Sequence record: MN158209.1
Length of the DNA stretch: 51,031 nucleotides
Reading direction: 5' to 3' (one strand)
From: Escherichia phage BEK7
In this document: in pieces, positions 9,873 through 20,324 of the stretch
Layout of the letters: the number at the start of each line of letters is the position of its first letter
Position numbering within the stretch: position 1 is the first letter of the stretch
The notes under the pieces: generated by a model
Told to the model about the DNA's origin: nothing
The model's input: only the letters and a program-made list of their open reading frames with translations
The model's database searches: none
Made by a program: the position numbers and the translations under genes

Positions 9873-10535
9873 ATGCATTTACCAAATGGATCGCAAGTTT
9901 TCGTTGAGAGCAATCGCGGCAGCGAAATCCAAGCAACGGCAGTATCAAACGCTAAAGATCCTGTGTTCACCGTTGCATCTGGTGGCACTGCGTACAAGAA
10001 AGGAGATTATGTAATCATCACTGCGTCCTCCTGGGGTAAGCTGATTGATCGTGTTATGCGTGTAAAGGCTAACGGTGAAGAAACAAGCGTAACTCTTGAG
10101 GGTGTTGATACTACAGATCAGAACGTGTTCCCGACTGGCGGAACTGCATCTTTTGCCAAGATTGATGCATGGACTGAGATCCCTTGCGTTCAGGATTTGT
10201 CGCAGGACGGCGGCGAACAGCAATACTATACTTATCAGTGTTTGGCAGACGACCAGGAACAGCAGTTGCCTACCTATAAGAGCGCCATTTCTCTGACCTA
10301 CACTTTTGCGCACGAATACGATAACGCGATCTATCCGTTACTTCGTGCAGCAGACGAATCCGGTGAAGTAAAGGCGCTTCGCATGTATGTACCAAAAGCA
10401 AAAGAAATGCGCCTTTGGGCTGGTGTGCTTTCTTTCAACGAGATCCCACAAACGGCGGTAAACGAAATGGAAACCGTTTCTTTGTCGGTATCCCTGAAAG
10501 GTCGCTTTACTTTCTTGCCGTCTACTCAGGCTTAA
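9873..10535 (+). CDS. major tail protein
   Basis: 220 aa, RBS AAGGAG, directly upstream of the chaperone/tape-measure block; terminator downstream. Confidence 0.6.
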   Translation: MHLPNGSQVFVESNRGSEIQATAVSNAKDPVFTVASGGTAYKKGDYVIITASSWGKLIDRVMRVKANGEETSVTLEGVDTTDQNVFPTGGTASFAKIDAWTEIPCVQDLSQDGGEQQYYTYQCLADDQEQQLPTYKSAISLTYTFAHEYDNAIYPLLRAADESGEVKALRMYVPKAKEMRLWAGVLSFNEIPQTAVNEMETVSLSVSLKGRFTFLPSTQA

Positions 10536-10539
10536 TTTA

Positions 10540-10566
10540 AAGGGGCGCATTGCGTCCCTTTTTTAT
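10540..10566 (+). terminator. rho-independent terminator after major tail gene
   Basis: GC-rich imperfect hairpin GGGGCGCATTGCGTCCC then TTTTTT. Confidence 0.5.
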
Positions 10567-10606
10567 TTGATGTAATATCACCTCAATATTTAACCACTCA
10601 GGAGAA

Positions 10607-10927
10607 ATGACAATGGCTAAAATGAAATTGACTCTTGCCCCGCTTCCAGATTTCAAACTTCCAGTTAAATTTGTATTGCCGGATGGTAACGAGCAAAAAA
10701 TTGTGTTTACCGTTAAGCATAAAAAGGCCAGCGAGATTCAAGAGCTTTACCAGAAAGAAGGTATTAAAGATCCTGAATTCATCATGAATGTTGCCGTGGG
10801 TTGGGATCTGGAAGAAGAATTCAACGAAGAAAACGCGCAACTGTTAGTTGATTATTATCCTGGCGCGGCGCTTGCTCTTATGGGATCTTATTTGAGCGCG
10901 CTGGCAGGGCAACGCGTAAAAAACTAA
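10607..10927 (+). CDS. tail assembly chaperone (G-like)
   Basis: 106-aa ORF directly upstream of tape measure, ending just after slippery A_AAA_AAC. Confidence 0.7.
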   Translation: MTMAKMKLTLAPLPDFKLPVKFVLPDGNEQKIVFTVKHKKASEIQELYQKEGIKDPEFIMNVAVGWDLEEEFNEENAQLLVDYYPGAALALMGSYLSALAGQRVKN

Positions 10928-11238
10928 AACGGGCGGTTTATCTGTATTATCAGAAACCGCCGACAGACGCAGAGCTTGAGGCCGTTGGGCTTACAAGGGC
11001 AGACTATGAAGGAGAAGATCCGCCAGAGGTTATATTTGATGAAAGCATGATGCAATCATGGGATATATTTTGCGCAATGCAAACGCAATGGAGATGTTCT
11101 GGCGGTGGCGCTTACGGATTTGATTACAACGTTCTCCCGATGCTTTTTGAGATTTACAAGGTTGAGGATCGCGAGATGGCGCTAAACGACTTGCGAATCA
11201 TGGAGCAAAAAGCACTTGAAATGATGCATTCAAAATAA
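10607..11238 (+). CDS. tail assembly chaperone -1 frameshift fusion product (GT-like)
   Basis: The -1 frame is open from the slippery heptamer 10918-10924 to the stop at 11236-11238 (verified codon by codon); the second ORF (11047-11238) is in exactly the -1 frame. Confidence 0.6.
10918..10924 (+). other. programmed -1 ribosomal frameshift slippery heptamer A_AAA_AAC
   Basis: X_XXY_YYZ heptamer just before the chaperone stop codon, -1 frame open downstream. Confidence 0.6.
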
Positions 11239-11260
11239 GCGCCTACGGGCGCTTTTTTAT
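11237..11260 (+). terminator. rho-independent terminator between chaperone and tape measure
   Basis: AGCGCC-TACG-GGCGCT then TTTTTT. Confidence 0.6.
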
Positions 11261-11277
11261 TACCAGGAGGATTAATA

Positions 11278-14181
11278 ATGTCAGAACAATACGCAGGATT
11301 GACGCTTGGGGTTGACGTTTCTCAACTCAACAATGCTGTAAAGTCTTTGCAGCAATTCAAGAAGGCAAACGACGAAGCAAAGAAAGGAGTTGAGAGCTTT
11401 GTTAATGAGGAAGAAATTGCAAAGCAAAGAGCAAAGCAATTAGCTGATGAATTGGCGAAACAGAGCCGTGAATTTAAGAGAATTCAGGATACAGTTGATC
11501 CGACAGCGGCAAAAATGCGCAAGCTGTCACAGGCAGCAAGTGATCTTGATAAGCTATGGAAAAAAGGGATTGTACCTGATGAAACATTCTTCCAATTAGG
11601 GAGCATGTTGGAAACTCAGATCAGTAAGCTGGAGCGTAATAAAAAGGCGTTAACGGAAGAAGGCCGTGCAGCACTTGAGGAATCAAAAGCCAAAGAGAAA
11701 GCAGCGTTAGCCGGAAAAACTTTCCTTGCGGATCTGGAATGGCAAGCCTCAGCGCTTGGCAAAACAAAATCCGAATTGCTGGAAATGAAAGCGGCGCAAC
11801 TTGGCGTAAGTGCTCAGGCCGCGCCATTTATTGCACAGCTTAAAGCGCAAGAAAAACAGATGAAGTTAACCGGAATTAGCGCGGGGCAATACAAGCAAGC
11901 TATGGCGCAACTTCCGGCTCAGATCACTGACGTTGTAACGTCGCTGGCTTCCGGTATGCCCGTTTGGTTAGTTGCAATCCAGCAGGGTGGACAGATTAAG
12001 GATTCTTTCGGCGGCGTTGGTAATACGTTTAAAGTGCTGTTGTCGTTTCTGAATCCGGTAAACGTTGGCCTTGCCGCATTAGCCGTTTCAATGGGTGCTA
12101 TTGTTAAAGCTGGTTATGATGCGTATAAATCGCAACGTGACTTGCAAGAGGCGTTGGCTCTGACTGGTGGATATGCTGGCACAAGCGGCTCACAGTTCGA
12201 TAATCTGGAGCAGGACATTAATAACAGCACTGACGCTACGATAGGAAACATACGATCCATCGCAACAGAGCTTGCAAAATCAGGCAAATTCACGATTGAT
12301 CAGATTAAAGCGATCACAAAGACTACCGCTCAGTGGTCAACGGTAACTGGTGAATCAAGCGACAAGATAACCGATTACTTTAATAAGATTGCTGGTGATC
12401 CGGTTAAAGGTCTTGCAGAGCTAAACGAACAATTCAACTTTTTAAGCGAAGGGCAGTTAACTTATATTGCAGACCTTGAGAAAACGAAAGGCAAAACAGA
12501 GGCTGTAACGACGGCAACAAAGTTATTTGCTGATGTTATGGATCAGAGATTAGCTGAACTGGCAGACTCCGCAACGCCATTAGAAAAGATGTGGACGGAC
12601 ATTAAAAAATGGGCGTCAGATGCATGGGGTTGGGTTGGGGATCACACGCTGGCGGCGCTGAACCTGATTATTGACGTTGTAGCCGGAACAGTTGAGCAAG
12701 TTCGTTATTTGCTTAATCAGGGTGATATTCTCATTGGTGAATTTATTGTATCTGCAACAAAGGCTATGCAAAAAATACCTGGTCTTGATGGCGTTGGTGA
12801 TTCAGTAATTGCACAGCAGCAACAGATCATTAATAAATCAAAAGAGCAAAACAAGGAGCTATTAAAATCAATTGCCGAACGTAACGAGAGAGTCAAAAAA
12901 GGCGAGCAAGGTTACATTGACATGATGAAAAATCGTGCGGCGGTTGAACAGCAATATGCGACAAAAACAAAAGATAATATCAGGAAGGAAGCCGAGGAAT
13001 TATCAAAGCGAGATAAAGTTACAAAAGTTAAGGTTTCGGCTGGAGATAAACTTGAAGAACAATATCAGCGTGATATCCTGGCGTTAGAAACTCAATTAAG
13101 AGTTTTGAAAGAGCACAAGACGATCACAGATACCATAAGCCAGCAACGTAAATCTTTATGGGCTGAACAAGCTAAAATTCAGATTTTGCAAGAAGCCTCA
13201 ACAAAGCGGCAACTTACTGATGAAGAAAAAAGCATTTTAGCCAACAAAGATAAGATCTTAGCCATGGCTGAACAAAAAGCTATTTTAGGCGATCAGATTG
13301 TTGCGCAAACGCGCCTTAATCAGTTGCAAGATAGCTCAATCAAGTTTATCCAGCAGCAGAAAGCAGCAACAGAAGCACTAGCAAAAACCAGAGGGTTGAG
13401 CGAGCGTGAATCAGCAAGAGCGGCGGAACGTGCAAAGGTTGAATCTGATTATCTTGCTAATGGAGGGCAGAAAGAAGATCCGCAACTTAAATCCATGATG
13501 GATGCCTTAGACAACCGCTATAAAGAGGAAGATGCTAAACGTGCTGATTGGTTGGCTGGCGCTAAAAATGCATTTGCTGAGTACGGCGAGGAAGCAATGA
13601 ACATGTATGATAATATCGGCAACATTGCGAGCCAGGCGCTAAACGGTCTATCGCAACAAATGGCTGATTTTTTGACTACTGGACAAGCAAACTTCAAAGA
13701 CTTTGCAAAATCGATCATTAGCCTGATTGTTCAGATGATTACGAAGATGGTTATCTTTAATGCCATATCTGGTGCGATGGGCGGTGACACTTGGACGATT
13801 GGAAGCCTTCTTAAAAATGTTGGATTTGCAACTGGTGGGTACACTGGCGACGGAGGGAAGTATGAGCCAGCAGGTGTTGTTCATAAAGGCGAGTTTGTCA
13901 TGACTAAGGAGGCCACGAAGCGGATCGGAGTTGGAAATCTTTACAAAATGATGCGCGGTTATGCAAATGGCGGCGTTGTTGGTGGAGCTTCATACACTGG
14001 AGGCGGAGTTTCATCTGGAGCCACAAATCTTAATATTGGCGGGATCAGCGTTGATATTAACAACGGAAGCGATCCGAAAGGGTTGGAGACTGGCGTAAAA
14101 ATGATTTTCACTGATATGATTAAGCGTTCCTGTACGCAGGGTGGGGAAGTTTACGAATTTGTTATGTCTAAGCGGGGGTGA
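11278..14181 (+). CDS. tail tape measure protein
   Basis: 967 aa, coiled-coil-rich N-terminal two thirds, Gly-rich C-terminus, follows chaperone pair. Confidence 0.85.
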   Translation: MSEQYAGLTLGVDVSQLNNAVKSLQQFKKANDEAKKGVESFVNEEEIAKQRAKQLADELAKQSREFKRIQDTVDPTAAKMRKLSQAASDLDKLWKKGIVPDETFFQLGSMLETQISKLERNKKALTEEGRAALEESKAKEKAALAGKTFLADLEWQASALGKTKSELLEMKAAQLGVSAQAAPFIAQLKAQEKQMKLTGISAGQYKQAMAQLPAQITDVVTSLASGMPVWLVAIQQGGQIKDSFGGVGNTFKVLLSFLNPVNVGLAALAVSMGAIVKAGYDAYKSQRDLQEALALTGGYAGTSGSQFDNLEQDINNSTDATIGNIRSIATELAKSGKFTIDQIKAITKTTAQWSTVTGESSDKITDYFNKIAGDPVKGLAELNEQFNFLSEGQLTYIADLEKTKGKTEAVTTATKLFADVMDQRLAELADSATPLEKMWTDIKKWASDAWGWVGDHTLAALNLIIDVVAGTVEQVRYLLNQGDILIGEFIVSATKAMQKIPGLDGVGDSVIAQQQQIINKSKEQNKELLKSIAERNERVKKGEQGYIDMMKNRAAVEQQYATKTKDNIRKEAEELSKRDKVTKVKVSAGDKLEEQYQRDILALETQLRVLKEHKTITDTISQQRKSLWAEQAKIQILQEASTKRQLTDEEKSILANKDKILAMAEQKAILGDQIVAQTRLNQLQDSSIKFIQQQKAATEALAKTRGLSERESARAAERAKVESDYLANGGQKEDPQLKSMMDALDNRYKEEDAKRADWLAGAKNAFAEYGEEAMNMYDNIGNIASQALNGLSQQMADFLTTGQANFKDFAKSIISLIVQMITKMVIFNAISGAMGGDTWTIGSLLKNVGFATGGYTGDGGKYEPAGVVHKGEFVMTKEATKRIGVGNLYKMMRGYANGGVVGGASYTGGGVSSGATNLNIGGISVDINNGSDPKGLETGVKMIFTDMIKRSCTQGGEVYEFVMSKRG

Positions 14182-14234
14182 TAGTGAAACTTGAGCAATT
14201 CAAATGGTGTACGCAAACGCAAGGAGGCGGCGGC

Positions 14235-14534
14235 ACTATGACCACATCAAATAACGACAGGGAAATATCATTTGGTAATGGTTACACGCAGGTTGCATCA
14301 GGAGGGTTTAACACGGTACGCAGGGAGTTTTCCATTGTCTATGTGGGTAATGATTACCGAGATGTTGTTGACTTCCTGAATGGACACAGGCTGAAGCCGT
14401 TTTTATGGTTTATGCCTGACGGTCAACCTGGTCTATTCAGGGTGAAATCCGGCAGTATTGGATTAACGCCTGTATCAGCAACCGTTCAGGAAGTGAAAGC
14501 AACATTTACTGAGCAATTTACATCAATGCAATAA
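14235..14534 (+). CDS. minor tail protein (lambda M-like)
   Basis: ATG after AAGGAGG; first gene after tape measure. Confidence 0.55.
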   Translation, partial: TMTTSNNDREISFGNGYTQVASGGFNTVRREFSIVYVGNDYRDVVDFLNGHRLKPFLWFMPDGQPGLFRVKSGSIGLTPVSATVQEVKATFTEQFTSMQ

Positions 14535-14536
14535 TT

Positions 14537-14562
14537 CAAGCCGCCTTTGTGCGGCTTTTTTA
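14537..14562 (+). terminator. rho-independent terminator
   Basis: AAGCCGC-CTTTGT-GCGGCTT then TTTTT. Confidence 0.6.
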
Positions 14563-14595
14563 TTGATGATACAATGCACGAAAGGAGGTGCAATT

Positions 14596-15357
14596 ATGGC
14601 TAATGAAACAACAGGTCGCGCAGATCTTGAAAACTGTCTGCAAAGCCTTTACCCTGGCGATATTATCACGCTAATTGAGATTGACGGTACAAAATTCGGT
14701 TCAAACATTTTTCGCATACACAATGAGAACATCTCATACACTGCGGAAGAATTATTGCAGGCGCGAGAAACTGGAGTTCTTCCGCCGAAAGAGATTACAT
14801 TCCGTGGCGAGGTTTACGGCGCGCGACCGTTTGGAATATCTGGAATCAACTTCACAAGCAACGGAAAGGCTGATAAGCCACAATTGATACTATCAAACCT
14901 TGATAGCCAGGTGAGCGCGATGATTCGCAACTTTAACGGCATGATGCAAGCTAAGGTTACAATCTGGATCACGCCAGCAGAATTAATGGGGAAAGATGGC
15001 AGCATTAAAGATGGCGCTTCAAGAAAGCTGGTTTATTACATTGAGCGCCCAAGCCATTACAATAGGATGATGGCAAAATTTGATCTGACATCGCCTTATG
15101 ATATGGATGGAATAATGATTCCTCCGCGAGTAACTCAAAGCGTTTGTTATTGGGCGCAGCGTGGATGGTATCGAAGCGGAAAAGGTTGCGGATATAATGG
15201 ATCGCGAATGTTCGATAAAGACAACAATCCTGTAACCGATCCATCTCAAGACTTTTGCGCCGGAACTGTAACCGCGTGTAAACTTCGTTTTGGTGCAGAC
15301 CAGCAGCTTGATTTTGGCGGCGCACCAGTAGCAAGCCTGTTAAGGAGAAACCAGTGA
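14596..15357 (+). CDS. minor tail protein (lambda L-like)
   Basis: ATG after AAAGGAGG; Cys-containing C-terminus; position. Confidence 0.55.
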   Translation: MANETTGRADLENCLQSLYPGDIITLIEIDGTKFGSNIFRIHNENISYTAEELLQARETGVLPPKEITFRGEVYGARPFGISGINFTSNGKADKPQLILSNLDSQVSAMIRNFNGMMQAKVTIWITPAELMGKDGSIKDGASRKLVYYIERPSHYNRMMAKFDLTSPYDMDGIMIPPRVTQSVCYWAQRGWYRSGKGCGYNGSRMFDKDNNPVTDPSQDFCAGTVTACKLRFGADQQLDFGGAPVASLLRRNQ

Positions 15358-16088
15358 TGATTAGCGCAAAAATAAAACTTGAAATAATGCAGCACGTAAA
15401 AGATGAATACCCGCGCGAGGCGTGCGGGGTTATCACTCAAAAATCACGCGTGCAAAAATACCACCGCGTAACCAACGTGCATGATGATCCTGAAAATCAT
15501 TTTGAGATGAACGCAATTGAATACGTTGAGGCGTGTGAAAGTGGCGAGCTTATTGCTGTTGTGCATAGCCACACTGGAGACGGGGCAAGTACAATTCCAA
15601 GCGCCCATGATACATGCATGTGTGATGAGATGGGTGTTTCATGGGTTATTGTGTCATGGCCAGAAGGTGATATGAGAATCATTGAGCCTGAATCTCGTCC
15701 TCTGATTGGTCGCCCGTGGTCGCTTGGGGCGTATGATTGCTGGGGGCTTATTATGGCATGGCACAAGCAACATGGCGTTATCCTGAATGATTTCAGGAAA
15801 CCGTATGAATGGTGGAAGCCTGAGTACGGGGAAAATCTTTACCAGGAAAATTATCTGAAAGAGGGTTTTGTTGAAACAGGAGAGCCGCCAAAACCTGGTG
15901 ATATGGTGATGATGAGATTGCAATCCGATGTTATCAATCACGCTGGGATTTACTTGGGAGATAACCAACTGCTACACCATACTTATGGAAAGCTATCTAG
16001 AATTGATTTATATTCTGGCTGGTATCAAGAGCATACCGCGATAGTTGTTAGGCATAAGGATCTGAAATATGACTTTAAAGGTAATTAA
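15354..16088 (+). CDS. tail assembly protein, lambda K-like (MPN/JAMM + NlpC/P60)
   Basis: JAMM motif HSHTGDGASTIPSAHD and downstream Cys/His papain-like segment YDCWGL...H. Confidence 0.75.
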   Translation: MMISAKIKLEIMQHVKDEYPREACGVITQKSRVQKYHRVTNVHDDPENHFEMNAIEYVEACESGELIAVVHSHTGDGASTIPSAHDTCMCDEMGVSWVIVSWPEGDMRIIEPESRPLIGRPWSLGAYDCWGLIMAWHKQHGVILNDFRKPYEWWKPEYGENLYQENYLKEGFVETGEPPKPGDMVMMRLQSDVINHAGIYLGDNQLLHHTYGKLSRIDLYSGWYQEHTAIVVRHKDLKYDFKGN

Positions 16089-16665
16089 ATTATCTGGATC
16101 TTTAGGACGAAGATTTGGTGTATTTCATAAGCTGGCTGTTGACTCATACCCTGAAGCAATACGCGCACTATCTTCGCAGGTGGAAGGATTCAAGGACTAC
16201 ATGCAAAGCGAAGTAGGATCGCGAATGCTTTACGCTGTATTTGTTGACGGTAAGAATGTAGGACAGCACGATGAAAAAGCGTGGCAATGCGCAAAGGAAG
16301 TGAGGATTATTCCAATCCCAACAGGTTCAAAGTCTGGCGGGTTGTTTCAGGTTGTTCTTGGCGCGGTCATTATGGCGACTGCATTTTTCACTGGCGGCGC
16401 TTCACTTGCGTTAATGGGTGCTTTTGCATCGTCTGCTTTTATGATGGGTGGAGCAATGGTACTTGGCGGAGTAATGCAAATGATCTCACCGCAGCAAGGA
16501 GGATCAAGATTGTCATCCCAATCAGCAGAAAACAAGCCGTCTTATGCTTTCGGTGGCGCTGTTAACACAACGGCAGCAGGATACCCAATACCATTGCCAT
16601 ATGGTCAAAGGACCGTCGGCGGAGCTATCTGGTCTGCTGGCAGCTATGCAGAGGACAAGGCTTAA
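16069..16665 (+). CDS. tail assembly protein, lambda I-like
   Basis: 198 aa with Gly/Ala-rich hydrophobic C-terminal half, between K-like and J-like genes. Confidence 0.55.
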   Translation: MTLKVIKLSGSLGRRFGVFHKLAVDSYPEAIRALSSQVEGFKDYMQSEVGSRMLYAVFVDGKNVGQHDEKAWQCAKEVRIIPIPTGSKSGGLFQVVLGAVIMATAFFTGGASLALMGAFASSAFMMGGAMVLGGVMQMISPQQGGSRLSSQSAENKPSYAFGGAVNTTAAGYPIPLPYGQRTVGGAIWSAGSYAEDKA

Positions 16666-16672
16666 TATAAAA

Positions 16673-16700
16673 GAGTCGCGCGTTGCGCGGCTTTTTTTTT
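16673..16700 (+). terminator. rho-independent terminator before J-like gene
   Basis: CGCGC-GTT-GCGCG then 9-nt T-run. Confidence 0.6.
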
Positions 16701-16745
16701 GCCCGTATAATTCAACAAATCAAATAGCACAAAAGGTGAAAAATA

Positions 16746-19700
16746 ATGGCTGAAAATATGATAACTGGCAGTAAGGGTGGATCATCAAAACCTTATGTGC
16801 CGAAAGAGATGGAAGATAACCTGATCTCAATCAACAAGATCAAAATCCTTCTTGCCGTTTCCGATGGTGAGTGCGATCCAGATTTTACACTTCGCGATCT
16901 GTATCTTGATAATGTTCCGGTAATTGCAGACGACGGAACTGTTAACTACAAGGGTGTGAGCGCAGAGTTTCGCCCAGGGACACAGACTCAAGATTACATC
17001 CAAGGATTTACTGACACATCAAGCGAAGTGACGCTGGCGCGTGATATTACTACGTCAAATCCTTATGTGATTTCCGTAACAAACAAAACATTATCTGCTA
17101 TCAGAATCAAAATGCTAATGCCAACAGGCATTAAGCAAGAGGATAACGGCGATCTTGTCGGCGTTAAGGTTACTTATGCTGTTGATATGGCTGTTGACGG
17201 AGACTCTTACAAAGAAGTATTGCGAGACACTATCGAAGGTAAAACACGTTCAGGTTACGACAGAAGCCGAAGGATTGACCTTCCGGCATTTAATGATCGC
17301 GTATTGCTTAGGGTTAGAAGGGTTACGGCAGACAGCACATCTTCTCGTGTTACTGATTTGATTAAGCTACAAAGTTACGCTGAGGTTATTGATGCAAAAT
17401 TCCGTTATCCTCTGACTGGTCTTGTATACGTTGAATTTGACAGCGAATTGTTCCCAAACCAGATCCCTAACATTTCAATCAAGAAGAAATGGAAGCTGAT
17501 TAATGTTCCTAGCAATTACGATCCGGTAATGCGAGAGTATCACGGTTCATGGGATGGTACGTTCAAGAAAGCGTGGTCGAACAATCCGGCGTGGGTACTT
17601 TATGACATTATCACAAACCAGCGATACGGATTAGATCAGCGAGAGCTTGGTGTACAGGTTGATAAATGGAGTCTTTACGAAGCGGCGCAATACTGCGATC
17701 AGAAAGTTCCTGACGGGAAAGGCGGTACAGAGCCGCGTTATCTATGCGACGTTGTGATTCAAAGCCAGATTGAGGCTTATCAGCTTATTCGTGATATTTG
17801 CTCAATCTTCAGAGGCATGAGCTTTTGGAATGGAGAGAGCTTGTCAATCGTCATTGATAAGCCGCGCGATCCGTCGTACATCTTCACAAATGACAATGTT
17901 GTTGATGGTGATTTTCAGTACACAACAGCAAGTGAAAAGAGCATGTACACGCAGTGCAACGTGACGTTCGATGACGAACAAAACATGTATCAACAGGACG
18001 TAGAGGGTGTATTCGACACAGAGGCCGCATTGCGTTTTGGATACAATCCTACAAGCATAACCGCGATCGGATGTACACGCAGGAGCGAGGCTAATCGGCG
18101 CGGTAGATGGATACTAAAAACCAACTTGCGCAGCACTACGGTAAACTTTGCTACTGGACTGGAAGGCATGATCCCATCAATAGGTGATGTGATTGCTATT
18201 GCTGACAACTTTCACAGCAGCAACCTTAAGTTAAACCTATCAGGGCGCGTGATGGAAGTTTCCGGCTTGCAGGTGTTCGTTCCGTTTAAGATTGACGCGC
18301 GACCAGGTGATTTCATTATCATCAACAAGCCGGACGGAAAGCCAGTTAAGCGCACAATCTCAAAAGTAAGCGTCGACGGAAAAACCATTGAACTAAACAT
18401 TGGGTTTGGGTTTGAAGTTAAACCGGATACAGTTTTTGCAATCGACCGCACTGATATTGCATTGCAGCAATACGTTGTAACGAGTATCGGAAAAGGTGAT
18501 GATGATGATGAATTTACATACTCCATCACGGCTGTTGAATATGACCCGAACAAATACGACGAGATTGATTATGGAGTAAACATTGACGACAGGCCAACGT
18601 CAATTGTCCAGCCTGACACAATGGCAGCACCGGAAAACGTGCAAATATCCTCATACTCGCGAATTGTCCAGGGTGCAAGCGTTGAAACAATGGTTGTGTC
18701 GTGGGATAAAGTACCTTACGCATCGCTGTATGAAATGCAATGGCGAAAAGGTGATGGCAACTGGCTGAATACACCACAGACCGCAAACAAAGAAATTGAG
18801 GTTGAAGGTATTTATTCAGGAAACTACCAGGTAAGGGTTAGATCTGTTTCTGCTTCAGGTTCTACTTCTCCGTGGTCCAGAATTGTGACAGCATCACTGA
18901 CTGGTAAGGTAGGAGAGCCAGGCGCGCCAGTTAACTTAACCGCATCCGACAATGAAGTGTTTGGCATTCGTGTTAAGTGGGGGATGCCAGAAGGGAGCGG
19001 AGACACGGCATACATTGAGCTTCATCAGTCGCCGGATGGAACGGCTGAAAACTCAAGCCTGCTAACGCTGATCCCGTATCCACAATATGAATACTGGCAC
19101 GGTACGCTTCCGGCTGGTCATGTTGTATGGTATCGGATCAGGAGCGTAGACAAGATCGGCAACGTTTCCGGTTGGACTGATTTTGTTAGAGGTATGGCTT
19201 CGGATGATGTTGATTCTGTTATGGGTGATCTTCTTGATAAGATTTTTGATACTGAAGCAGGCCAGGATATTAAAGAGAACGCCATTGATAGTGCAAACAA
19301 GATAAAGGACCAGGCGCAATCAATAATCCAGAATGCTATTGCAAATGATGCAAATCTTAAGTGGACAAGGGTACAAAACGGAAAGCGCAAGGCTGAATAT
19401 GGTCACGCTCTTGAGCTTATCGCCAACGAAACGGAGGCGCGAGTAACTCAAATCGAAGAGTTAAAGGCTTCAATTGATGACGATATAGTTTCAAGTATCA
19501 AAACCGTTCAGGAAGCGATTGCCAACGAATCAGAGACGCGAGCTACTCAAGTTCAGCAGCTTGATTCTAAATTTACGAAGGAAATAGACGGCGTAAAACG
19601 AGATACGGCTGCAAGTATTGGTGAGGTAAGGCAAACAATTGCCAATGAATCAGAAGCGCGCGCCCAGGCAGTTCAGCAGCTTGACGCTAAGTTTACGAAA

Positions 19701-20324
19701 GAGATAAACGACCTTGACGAAGTTATCAAGACCGAAGTCGAGGCTAACATCTCAGAAGTGAAACAGGCGATCGCCAATGAGACAGAGGCAAGGGTTCAGG
19801 CCGACCAGTCTTTAACAGCTAAATTCGGAGACGTTGAATCAGCACTAGCAGAAAAACTTGATTCGTGGGCTAACGTTGATTCTGTTGGCGCTAAGTACGC
19901 TATGAAATTGGGCCTTACTTACAAGGGGCAGAAGTACAGCGCAGGAATGATCATGCAGTTGTCGCAATCTTCTCAAGGCCTGATCTCGCAAATCCTGTTC
20001 GATGCTAACAGGTTCGCGATCATGACTAGCTCTACTGGCGGTACGTTTACATTGCCGTTTGTAGTAGAAAATAACCAGGTGTTTATCAACAGTTTGTTGG
20101 TGAAAAACGGGTCCATTACTAACGCAATGATTGGTAACGTGATTCAGTCAAATAACTTTGTTCAGAATCAGCAAGGATGGAGGCTTGATAAAAATGGTAA
20201 CTTTGAGAACTACGGAACTAGAGCGGGAGAAGGAGCTACAAAATTCACTAACGAAGGCTTAAAGGTGAAAGATGCAAATGGACGATTGAGAGTTGAGATA
20301 GGGAGAATAACCGGAAGTTGGTAA
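16746..20324 (+). CDS. tail tip / host specificity protein (lambda J-like central fibre)
   Basis: 1192 aa, last gene of tail operon; C-terminal tandem approx 40-aa IANE(S/T)EAR repeats. Confidence 0.85.
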   Translation: MAENMITGSKGGSSKPYVPKEMEDNLISINKIKILLAVSDGECDPDFTLRDLYLDNVPVIADDGTVNYKGVSAEFRPGTQTQDYIQGFTDTSSEVTLARDITTSNPYVISVTNKTLSAIRIKMLMPTGIKQEDNGDLVGVKVTYAVDMAVDGDSYKEVLRDTIEGKTRSGYDRSRRIDLPAFNDRVLLRVRRVTADSTSSRVTDLIKLQSYAEVIDAKFRYPLTGLVYVEFDSELFPNQIPNISIKKKWKLINVPSNYDPVMREYHGSWDGTFKKAWSNNPAWVLYDIITNQRYGLDQRELGVQVDKWSLYEAAQYCDQKVPDGKGGTEPRYLCDVVIQSQIEAYQLIRDICSIFRGMSFWNGESLSIVIDKPRDPSYIFTNDNVVDGDFQYTTASEKSMYTQCNVTFDDEQNMYQQDVEGVFDTEAALRFGYNPTSITAIGCTRRSEANRRGRWILKTNLRSTTVNFATGLEGMIPSIGDVIAIADNFHSSNLKLNLSGRVMEVSGLQVFVPFKIDARPGDFIIINKPDGKPVKRTISKVSVDGKTIELNIGFGFEVKPDTVFAIDRTDIALQQYVVTSIGKGDDDDEFTYSITAVEYDPNKYDEIDYGVNIDDRPTSIVQPDTMAAPENVQISSYSRIVQGASVETMVVSWDKVPYASLYEMQWRKGDGNWLNTPQTANKEIEVEGIYSGNYQVRVRSVSASGSTSPWSRIVTASLTGKVGEPGAPVNLTASDNEVFGIRVKWGMPEGSGDTAYIELHQSPDGTAENSSLLTLIPYPQYEYWHGTLPAGHVVWYRIRSVDKIGNVSGWTDFVRGMASDDVDSVMGDLLDKIFDTEAGQDIKENAIDSANKIKDQAQSIIQNAIANDANLKWTRVQNGKRKAEYGHALELIANETEARVTQIEELKASIDDDIVSSIKTVQEAIANESETRATQVQQLDSKFTKEIDGVKRDTAASIGEVRQTIANESEARAQAVQQLDAKFTKEINDLDEVIKTEVEANISEVKQAIANETEARVQADQSLTAKFGDVESALAEKLDSWANVDSVGAKYAMKLGLTYKGQKYSAGMIMQLSQSSQGLISQILFDANRFAIMTSSTGGTFTLPFVVENNQVFINSLLVKNGSITNAMIGNVIQSNNFVQNQQGWRLDKNGNFENYGTRAGEGATKFTNEGLKVKDANGRLRVEIGRITGSW
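19420..19830 (+). repeat. intragenic tandem repeats (approx 120 bp units) in J-like gene
   Basis: Near-identical units ATTGCCAA(C/T)GAATCAGA...GTTCAGCAGCTTGA..CTAA.TTTACGAA visible at about 19510 and 19630, further diverged copies flanking. Confidence 0.7.

Noticed and set aside
16281-16565. Overlapping alternative-frame ORFs inside tail genes (16281-16565, 16544-16753, 17155-17361)
   Set aside because: Embedded in the I-like and J-like genes in other frames with no independent signals.
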